From contig JACPWU010000004.1 in assembly GCA_016196885.1 (NCBI GenBank), forward strand, positions 6,235-38,234: a DNA stretch of 32,000 nt, read 5' to 3'. This stretch comes from Chlamydiota bacterium (GTDB taxonomy: Bacteria; Auribacterota; JACPWU01). Position 1 is the first letter of the stretch; every line of letters starts with the position of its first letter. A program made the translations under genes and the position numbers. This document shows, one piece after another, positions 1 through 6,373 of the stretch. The notes beneath the pieces are model-generated. The model was not told where the DNA came from. It saw nothing but the letters and a program-made list of their open reading frames with translations, and ran no database searches.

Positions 1-466
1 AGGTGTGCGGGGCATAAATTCGGATTTTTTCTAGAAAATGCCTTTTCTTTTCTAAAGAGGGGTCCTTCATAAAATTTTGAATTGTTGTATCGTCGAGCCT
101 TGTCCAGTAAACTTCGAAGAAAACCAAATGGAGTTGGGCGTCAGTTAAAGAAACCTGAATTTTCTGTAAGAAAGCACCTCTCTCAGGATTGTTTTTCTCA
201 GCAAAACACAAATAGGCAAAGGCTGAGAGTTGTGTCATGATCATGAGAATTTCTTCGTAGTCTTTTAAAAGGTCATTCAATTTTAAATTTTGTCCAGAGG
301 GTTTCTCAGCAAGCAATGCCTCAAAGGAGGGCTTGTATTTTTGGGAGAAAGTTTGGGATTTTTCCAAAACAAGTTTCAAGTCTTCCGAAATTTTTGGGCT
401 GTCTATCGAGGCATAAAGATCCGACAAATCCCATTGGACCCCTTTGGCAAAATTGTCATCAGACAT
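1..466 (-). CDS. M3-family oligoendopeptidase F-like protein, N-terminal part (3' end lies outside the window)
   Basis: Absent from the ORF track because it runs off the window edge. A reverse-strand ATG at 466..464 opens MSDDNFAKGVQWDLSDLYASIDSPKISEDL...LSAFAYLCFAEKNNPERGAFLQKIQ. The WDLSDLY opening and helical N-domain are typical of PepF/M3B peptidases. The + ORF 290..514 is its antisense shadow. Confidence 0.6.
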   Translation of the reverse strand, partial: MSDDNFAKGVQWDLSDLYASIDSPKISEDLKLVLEKSQTFSQKYKPSFEALLAEKPSGQNLKLNDLLKDYEEILMIMTQLSAFAYLCFAEKNNPERGAFLQKIQVSLTDAQLHLVFFEVYWTRLDDTTIQNFMKDPSLEKKRHFLEKIRIYAPHT

Positions 467-588
467 AGTATTTCTCCTGAGAAAGGGGGCATTATATCAC
501 GGAAAGAAAAATGAATATTTAATTTTTAGAAGAACGAGGTCATTCTCATTGAGCAGTGCAATATTGAAAAACTCATGCATAGAACAAT

Positions 589-2403
589 ATGAACTCTTAT
601 CGTCCTGAAGAAAAACTTCTGATTGCTTGTACGCGCTTAGCCCGCATTTCTCATCACATTTCTGCTGCAAGCGCCGATTCCGCCTCGTCTCTCCGTGCAG
701 ACTTGGTCGGCCACGCTCAACATACTGTAAAGTATGCCTCGCATGGCCTCGGTCGTCTTCCTCGCATCCAAGGCGGACTCAGGCGTTCCTCGCCGACGAA
801 ATTTGATGAGAAATGCGGGCTAGGCATCTTCCCGGGTCGGACCCAAGAGATCCAGACATTGCTTCATGGTCAAATAAATTGGAATTATTTTCTCCAAATC
901 ATATTTCGACATCGACTTTCGAGCCTTGTTTATAGCGTTCTTAAAAAGTTTTTCGTTCAGGATGTGCCCGCGCCCTTTCTTGCGGAACTCTACGAGTCTT
1001 TTCAAATAGAATCCCGCAATACCCTTTTGAAGGTTCGAGAGCTCATCCCTCTCTTAAATTTATTTGAGGGACGAGGGATCCCGGCCATTCCTTACAAAGG
1101 GCCTATTTTGGCCATGGCACTTTATGGGGATATTTCACTGCGTGAATATCTGGATTTGGATATTTTAATTCGTCGAGAGGATGTCATGAAGGCCAGAGGC
1201 ATTTTGACGTCTCAAGGTTACGAGCCCCGTTTTTCTCTCTCGGTCTGGCAACAGGCGTTCTTGCTTGAATATGATTGTGAGCAGTCTTTTTCAAAAGAAG
1301 GCGTTCGTGTGGATCTTCATTGGGGAACAGATCTTAAGCACCTTTCCTTCTCTCGTTTTAGCGACCAGAACTTGTGGGAGAATCTGGATGAGATAAATTT
1401 TGGAGGAAGAACCCTTCGTACTTTTTCGCCCGAAAATTTGCTTCTCATCCTTTGTTTTCATGGAGCCAAGCATGGATGGAGTTGCTTGAATTGGATTTGC
1501 GACATGGCGTGCCTCATTTGTAAACATTCTCAGATAGATTGGCAAGGGGCGTTCAGGAAGGCCAGAGAGTTGAACGGGGAGAGAATGCTTTTACTCGGGC
1601 TTTGCCTGGCTCGAGATCTCTATACAGTGGAATTACCAGATGAATTGATTCAGAGAATCGATCAAGATCTACAGGTGTTGTCCCTGGCCAGAAGAATCAA
1701 GAAAAGGCTTTTCCAAAAACGCGATGCCTGGACAAGATTTTGGAATGATGTGATTTATCTCCGGGCCATGGAGGGACTGGGCAATCGGTTTCATCATGGT
1801 TTGAGGTATGTGATGCCCACCCCCGCCGAATGGCTCGCCATCCCACTTCCACAAATTCTTTATCCGCTTTATTATTTCTTGAGGCCCATGCGCCTTCTGG
1901 TAAAATATGTTTGTCGTTTGTTTCGAAAATCTCCAAAGTTAGATTTGTCCCTGTTTGTGCCAGCACCTCTTTGGGTGGTGGAGAAGATGTTGGAGCTTGC
2001 CCAGGTGAAGAGCGATGATGTTGTCTATGATTTGGGCTGCGGGGATGGCCGGATGGTTGTTATGGCGGCTCAACGGTGGGGGGCTCGGGGGATAGGTGTA
2101 GATGTTGATCCTCAGCGTATCAGAGAAGCAAAGGATTACGCCCAGCGAGAAGGGGTAGAACATCTTGTCAAATTTTTGAGGCAAGATGCAAAGAAAACGC
2201 AAGTGTCTACTGCCACTCTTTTGATGCTGAACTTGCCCTCCACCGCTTATCCTAAGCTTAAGCCATTGTTGGAACGGCTTAGATCGGGGACCCGGATTGT
2301 GACGCGCATCTTTTATCTGGATCATTTGACTCCTCTCAAACAAGAGGTATTTAAAGATGATGAAAAATTCACCCACGTCCTTTATCTTTATGAAGTACCT
2401 TAG
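589..2403 (+). CDS. Fusion protein: uncharacterised nucleotidyltransferase (PF14907/NTP_transf_5-like) plus C-terminal class I SAM-dependent methyltransferase, with a 61-codon repeat-derived insert near the N-terminus
   Basis: The N-terminal EEKLLIACTR...IQTLLHGQINWNYFLQIIFRHRLSSLVYSVL and PYKGPILAMALYGDISLREYLDLDILIRRED match the NTP_transf_5 pattern seen next to lasso clusters. The C-terminal VVYDLGCGDGRMVV...GIGVDVDP is SAM-binding motif I. No Shine-Dalgarno sequence precedes the ATG at 589, so the start is uncertain. Confidence 0.7.
   Translation: MNSYRPEEKLLIACTRLARISHHISAASADSASSLRADLVGHAQHTVKYASHGLGRLPRIQGGLRRSSPTKFDEKCGLGIFPGRTQEIQTLLHGQINWNYFLQIIFRHRLSSLVYSVLKKFFVQDVPAPFLAELYESFQIESRNTLLKVRELIPLLNLFEGRGIPAIPYKGPILAMALYGDISLREYLDLDILIRREDVMKARGILTSQGYEPRFSLSVWQQAFLLEYDCEQSFSKEGVRVDLHWGTDLKHLSFSRFSDQNLWENLDEINFGGRTLRTFSPENLLLILCFHGAKHGWSCLNWICDMACLICKHSQIDWQGAFRKARELNGERMLLLGLCLARDLYTVELPDELIQRIDQDLQVLSLARRIKKRLFQKRDAWTRFWNDVIYLRAMEGLGNRFHHGLRYVMPTPAEWLAIPLPQILYPLYYFLRPMRLLVKYVCRLFRKSPKLDLSLFVPAPLWVVEKMLELAQVKSDDVVYDLGCGDGRMVVMAAQRWGARGIGVDVDPQRIREAKDYAQREGVEHLVKFLRQDAKKTQVSTATLLMLNLPSTAYPKLKPLLERLRSGTRIVTRIFYLDHLTPLKQEVFKDDEKFTHVLYLYEVP
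638..822. mobile_element. MITE-like palindromic element, copy A (185 bp), inserted in frame in the nucleotidyltransferase CDS
   Basis: There is a perfect 19-bp terminal inverted repeat: tagcccgcatttctcatca (638-656) and tgatgagaaatgcgggcta (804-822). The central hairpin is catact-gtaa-agtatg (721-736). It is about 90% identical to a second copy at 8251-8435. Both copies begin and end with TA. Confidence 0.6.
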
Positions 2404-2460
2404 AAAAGGTGTAACGCAATAAAAACCTATCAAGCCTTCGGATTAAAATTTAGCACTGAT

Positions 2461-3276
2461 TTGGAAATTCCAGAATTTTCCCTGGCCTCATTTCTTCCGG
2501 AATCAGCGGATGCAGAGATCTTCTGTGGCAAGGTCCCTGATTTGAAGCCTCATTCTAAACAACTCGTTCTCGATATTAAGGAGGTCGCTCGTTTTTTAAT
2601 CACGGAGGGCAGAAAAATTATTTATGAGCCTTGTAGAAATTCTGATCAAGACACCCTTCGTTTGTTTTTACTCGGCTCTTGCATGGGGGCTCTCATGCAG
2701 CAGCGAGGTCATGTCGTGCTTCATGGGAATGCGATTTCTAGGGATGGGAAAACGTGTCAAGTGTTTGTGGGAGATCGAGGGGCAGGGAAATCAACCCTGG
2801 CGGCTTGGTACTACCAACAAGGTGCTTATGTCCTGGCCGATGACGTGTGTGCGATTGGTTTTGATCGAAATGGAAAGCCTTATGTGATTCCAAGTTTTCC
2901 ACAGATAAAGTTATGGCAGAAAGGGGCAGAGCTTCTTGAAATCAACACTTCTTATCTTCGTCGCGTACGCCCTGGGGATGATAAATTCGGACTTCCCATT
3001 CACTCTCAATATTGTGACCATCCCTTGCCCTTGACAGAAGTGATAGAAATTAAGAGCCGATCCTTCACGCGTATCCCCCTCACTGGCACAGAAAAAATTA
3101 AAATATTGATCCAGCATAGCTATCGCTACCATTTTCTGCGTGCGATGGTATTGGAATACACTTATTCAAGAAGTTTAGCTCGTTTAGCACAGCAAGTGGA
3201 TTTTGCAAAAATGGGCAGGGTCAACTTGGATTTTCTTAGCATTCCGGCGAAGAGGCCTTACGATGCAAAGTCTTAA
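2461..3276 (+). CDS. HPr kinase/phosphorylase-related kinase (lasso-peptide kinase type)
   Basis: HVVLHGNAISRDGKTCQVFVGDRGAGKSTLAAWYYQQGAYVLADDV contains a Walker A motif in the HprK C-terminal-domain context. It is adjacent to lasso B/C genes. The TTG start has no clear SD, so the start is uncertain. Confidence 0.7.
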   Translation: MEIPEFSLASFLPESADAEIFCGKVPDLKPHSKQLVLDIKEVARFLITEGRKIIYEPCRNSDQDTLRLFLLGSCMGALMQQRGHVVLHGNAISRDGKTCQVFVGDRGAGKSTLAAWYYQQGAYVLADDVCAIGFDRNGKPYVIPSFPQIKLWQKGAELLEINTSYLRRVRPGDDKFGLPIHSQYCDHPLPLTEVIEIKSRSFTRIPLTGTEKIKILIQHSYRYHFLRAMVLEYTYSRSLARLAQQVDFAKMGRVNLDFLSIPAKRPYDAKS

Positions 3277-3874
3277 TTTTTTTAGACACTGCGGTCTCTT
3301 TATTCAGGAGAATTTTTTGGATGTGCAAACCTGTGCTAAAATACAAGATGAAATGAGATCTGCTGTTGGGAAAGACGGACAGATCTACTCTCAAAGAGAA
3401 CAAACTTTTGTCGTGGATCATGAGATCAGAAAAGTGAAATCATTTCAGGTTTCACAAGCGACAGAAGGGTATGTCAAAGATCGCCTTCTTAAAATTCGGC
3501 CAACCCTGGAGAATTATTTTCAGGTTCAACTGACGGGGCATCGCAGACCTGTATTTCTTTTTTACGAGAAGGGGGACTTTTATAGAGCGCATTCTGATGT
3601 GGGTGGTTTGGATTCAAAGGTTCCGCATATGGCCTCTCGCAAAATCTCCATAGTGATATTTCTGAATGCCGAGTCGTCTCTCCCAAGTTCTGAAACCTAT
3701 TGCGGGGGTGCATTGACCTTTTTTGGAATTCTGAATAATTCCAAGTGGAAGCCGTATGGATTTCCACTCAAAGGAGAGAAAGGATTGTTGGTTGCTTTTA
3801 GGTCAGAGGAAATACACGAGGTTTTGCCTGTCACGTCAGGAGTGCGCTCGACCCTTGCGGTGTGGTTTAATTGA
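3263..3874 (+). CDS. 2-oxoglutarate/Fe(II)-dependent oxygenase (prolyl-4-hydroxylase-like)
   Basis: It carries an HxD triad (FYRAHSDVGG), a distal His (EEIHEVLPVTSGVRSTLAVWF) and the 2OG-binding Arg. I prefer the ATG at 3263 (MQSLNFF, SD gaagagg 7 nt upstream, 14-nt overlap with the kinase stop) over the track TTG at 3203. Confidence 0.7.
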   Translation: MQSLNFFRHCGLFIQENFLDVQTCAKIQDEMRSAVGKDGQIYSQREQTFVVDHEIRKVKSFQVSQATEGYVKDRLLKIRPTLENYFQVQLTGHRRPVFLFYEKGDFYRAHSDVGGLDSKVPHMASRKISIVIFLNAESSLPSSETYCGGALTFFGILNNSKWKPYGFPLKGEKGLLVAFRSEEIHEVLPVTSGVRSTLAVWFN

Positions 3875-3890
3875 GAATTGGTTTTTACCA

Positions 3891-4076
3891 TCAAGAATTT
3901 GCATCGTTTGGGTAAACACCCCCGTCCACTGGGAGGCTCATCGTTCCACTCCCTGTGGAGTGGAGTTCAATTTTTTCAAGCGTAGGGGGCACCCATGGCT
4001 TTTTTTGAAGCACAGTCCCGATAGAGGTGTCTTTTCCTCCGTCCAGTTTCTGAGAGGGGAGGTGAGAGCTTTTCAT
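3891..4076 (-). CDS. Lasso peptide precursor (A peptide), 61 aa; predicted core SGTMSLPVDGGVYPNDANS
   Basis: An internal ATG (4076..4074) lies within track ORF 3891..4136. It gives MKSSHLPSQKLDGGKDTSIGTVLQKKPWVPPTLEKIELHSTG/SGTMSLPVDGGVYPNDANS. The leader has KKxWxxPxL and Thr at -2. The core has Asp9 for a 9-residue macrolactam and a C-terminal Ser. The gene lies 19 nt downstream of B2 on the same strand. A GTG at Val22 is a possible alternative start. Confidence 0.7.
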   Translation of the reverse strand: MKSSHLPSQKLDGGKDTSIGTVLQKKPWVPPTLEKIELHSTGSGTMSLPVDGGVYPNDANS

Positions 4077-4095
4077 AGCATAGGTTCCTTTTCTT

Positions 4096-4560
4096 TTAAA
4101 TTTTATTTTGATGGGAATACATTCCCACAATGACATAATTCAAATGCGGCTGAGCACCTACAACGGGAATGTTCTTATAGCATACCCAGGCATGGGCATC
4201 GTATTTTTTATGTGAGGAATCTGATTTTTTTAAACCAAGATACACAGTGCCAGATAACCTTCTTCGAGCCAGCATCCATTGGGCTGCCATGGCTTGATCC
4301 AGACATTTGCTATGCCAAGGCAGGTTACAACGCACGATATCAATACCCTTCTGAATAAGGCGAAATGTATTCGGATCGGAGGTTGTGTCTTCTTTACGCA
4401 AGGGAGGATCTATCCTCTTAGAGCCAAGATATTTTAAAAGGATTCGGGAAGGAACAAATTGTATCAAGAGCTTGGCCAAAAAGAGATGGAAAAACGCTTC
4501 TCGACACAAGGAGCGTAACTCTGGGGACAACCGTCGATAAGTTTTAAATTTAGCTCGCAT
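4096..4560 (-). CDS. Lasso peptide biosynthesis B2 protein (transglutaminase-like Cys protease, leader peptidase)
   Basis: WHSKCLDQAMAAQWMLARRRLSGTVYLGL...YDAHAWVCY shows the catalytic Cys and His in the PF13471/McjB C-domain arrangement. It overlaps B1 by 11 nt. Confidence 0.8.
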   Translation of the reverse strand: MRAKFKTYRRLSPELRSLCREAFFHLFLAKLLIQFVPSRILLKYLGSKRIDPPLRKEDTTSDPNTFRLIQKGIDIVRCNLPWHSKCLDQAMAAQWMLARRRLSGTVYLGLKKSDSSHKKYDAHAWVCYKNIPVVGAQPHLNYVIVGMYSHQNKI

Positions 4561-4849
4561 GACGGGTGACCTTTAACAGATGATGTGCATTTAACATATT
4601 TAAAAAGGTTCCTGTCTCCTGCTTACACTGCTCAGGACCTATTGTATAGCACTGCGTCAATTGGCTGAGGAGATCTTGAAGGGATATGGGCTTTTCCAAA
4701 AGCTCCCAGATCTTCGTTCCTACAGGGTTCAAACCAAAATAACAACCTGAGGCTTCATCCAACATCACGGTCTCATCATCAATTTTGGTCGTGAATAGAT
4801 CGTCCCTGTGAACCAGTCTATCGCTCAGATCAAAGAGAGTGTTTCCCAT
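4550..4849 (-). CDS. Lasso peptide biosynthesis B1 protein (PqqD-like RiPP recognition element)
   Basis: KIDDETVMLDEASGCYFGLNPVGTKIWELLEKPISLQDLLSQLTQCY is the PqqD-family fold signature. I prefer the ATG at 4849 (MGNTLFDL, SD aaagagg about 10 nt upstream) over the GTG at 4873. Confidence 0.75.
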   Translation of the reverse strand: MGNTLFDLSDRLVHRDDLFTTKIDDETVMLDEASGCYFGLNPVGTKIWELLEKPISLQDLLSQLTQCYTIGPEQCKQETGTFLNMLNAHHLLKVTRHAS

Positions 4850-4928
4850 GATGGATTCGCCTCTTTCCTGCACTGTTTGGAATCAATGGATCAATAGGGT
4901 TGGTCACCTTTCACTTGATTCAGACCTC

Positions 4929-4957
4929 ATTATGCCTCAACATGGGACTGTCGTCAA
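4929..4957 (-). promoter_or_regulatory. Candidate sigma70-type promoter for the B1-B2-precursor operon
   Basis: The reverse strand reads TTGACG (4957-4952), a 17-nt spacer, then CATAAT (4934-4929). This is about 80 nt upstream of the B1 ATG. Confidence 0.4.
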
Positions 4958-4984
4958 TATTCATTTAGCATCCGCATGGGGGAC

Positions 4985-5014
4985 TGGACAATGATGATGA
5001 AGGCCCGGTATATT
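4985..5014 (+). promoter_or_regulatory. Candidate sigma70-type promoter for the divergent methyltransferase gene
   Basis: TGGACA (4985-4990), an 18-nt spacer, then TATATT (5009-5014). It is followed by SD aagagagg (5025-5032) and the GTG at 5039. Confidence 0.3.
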
Positions 5015-5038
5015 TTGGTTCAATAAGAGAGGTCCAGG

Positions 5039-6373
5039 GTGAAGGTTCTTGAATTTCATGGCATAGATCATTTAGAAACAGATTCCATCAGCAAGGCGAA
5101 TCTTTTTCCGATCATTTCTCAACTAGATATTCTGAGACAAAAGGGGCATCGTTTAATCCACAAGGCGGGTTTCATCCTGGGTCAAGATTTTGTCTGTGTC
5201 AAGAGGGGATCTAAACTTGAGATAAAAAATATTTCAGGGTTGAAAGTCTGTCGTAAAGCCCATTTGCTAGAAGCCTTTCGCGCCTTCATAAAGGCCGATC
5301 GAGTGGAGCCTGGTTTTCAGGCAACCCCTGACGAGTTTCTTCTATATCTGGCTCAAAAATCCTGGCCTTTAAGGGCCTCTTTATCTCTTGTACAGGATGA
5401 GCTTTGTGGACTGTGGAAGATTGCGCTTTTGGAACGGAGCCGCATTCGAGACGCTTGTGAATATCAATACACTTTACCGGAGTGGTTGAGGGATATGGTG
5501 ATTCTTTTGCCGCCAGAACAGTTTGAAGGGAGATGGGATTCCCATCATCCGAATGTCCTTCGCAGTCGTTCTTCTATCCAGATAGGACGTTTAGGGATTC
5601 AAAAACAAAAGGTGATGGTGATGGAAACATGGATGGATTTAATTCACACCGTTGGAATTTCATCTTCCGTTTTATCTTTTCAAAATCAGGGGGATGCCCC
5701 TCCCCTTTTTCATTATCAAGGCCAGGAGGTCATGCGTCAGGCCATCTCACAATCCTTGGGTTCACCGTTAGCGGTACGTCGTTCAACAGCATCTCTCAAT
5801 GTTGGTTATTGGCAAGCTCGAGAAGAGAAACCTCGTTCTTATTTTGACCCTGAGCTTAGAGAACATTTGCGCAAAGAAGTGGATTCTCTCCTTCCGACTC
5901 AAGGCACTCTTCTTGATATAGCAAGTGGTTCTGCTCCAGTATGCTCAAGGGAAAATCGTGTAGTGAAAGGCGTTGGATTGGTTGAAAAATCTATGCGTGC
6001 CAATAAAATTTTATCTGAGTTCAAAGTTCATGACTTTAATCAAGATCCGAATATTCCTTATCGTGAAAGATTTGATGCGGCAGTGATCTCTTTTGCTGTG
6101 ATGTACTTTACCTATCCTATTGAACTCTTGTGTTCTATTCGTCAGCATCTTAAAGGAGGTGGGAGGTTGGTGATGATTTTCTCAGAACTTTTTTTCGATG
6201 CCTCCGTGTCCGTTAATGCTTGGAATTTCCCTAGGGTTTACGGTTTTAGAAATCGCTGCGAGGTCATCTTAAATTACTTCGAAAGGGCAGGAGGATTTGG
6301 GAAGGTTCATCAAAGGACGGTGAACGATCACTTTTTTATATTTTTTGCAGATGCTCAACCAGAAATGATATAA
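5039..6373 (+). CDS. Two-domain protein: unrecognised ~270-aa N-terminal domain plus C-terminal class I SAM-dependent methyltransferase
   Basis: The C-terminus has LLDIASGSAPV (motif I-like) ...FDAAVISFAVMYFTYPIELLCSIRQHLKGGGRLVMIF (motifs II/III). The GTG start has a good SD. The 3' end overlaps the cyclase 3' end by 19 nt in convergent orientation. Confidence 0.6.
   Translation: MKVLEFHGIDHLETDSISKANLFPIISQLDILRQKGHRLIHKAGFILGQDFVCVKRGSKLEIKNISGLKVCRKAHLLEAFRAFIKADRVEPGFQATPDEFLLYLAQKSWPLRASLSLVQDELCGLWKIALLERSRIRDACEYQYTLPEWLRDMVILLPPEQFEGRWDSHHPNVLRSRSSIQIGRLGIQKQKVMVMETWMDLIHTVGISSSVLSFQNQGDAPPLFHYQGQEVMRQAISQSLGSPLAVRRSTASLNVGYWQAREEKPRSYFDPELREHLRKEVDSLLPTQGTLLDIASGSAPVCSRENRVVKGVGLVEKSMRANKILSEFKVHDFNQDPNIPYRERFDAAVISFAVMYFTYPIELLCSIRQHLKGGGRLVMIFSELFFDASVSVNAWNFPRVYGFRNRCEVILNYFERAGGFGKVHQRTVNDHFFIFFADAQPEMI

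Noticed and set aside
290-514. 74-aa + strand ORF
   Set aside because: It lies antisense to a much better supported PepF-like reading frame (1-466, minus). Its sequence is low complexity and shows no motif.
3756-4133. 125-aa + strand ORF across the oxygenase 3' end and the precursor region
   Set aside because: It overlaps the well-supported oxygenase C-terminus in another frame and is antisense to the lasso precursor. I recognised no motifs in it.
4932-4994. 20-aa small ORF (MPQHGTVVNIHLASAWGTGQ) in the divergent promoter region, considered as an alternative lasso precursor
   Set aside because: It has no Asp or Glu for macrolactam formation, no leader motif and no SD. It overlaps the predicted -10 and -35 elements.
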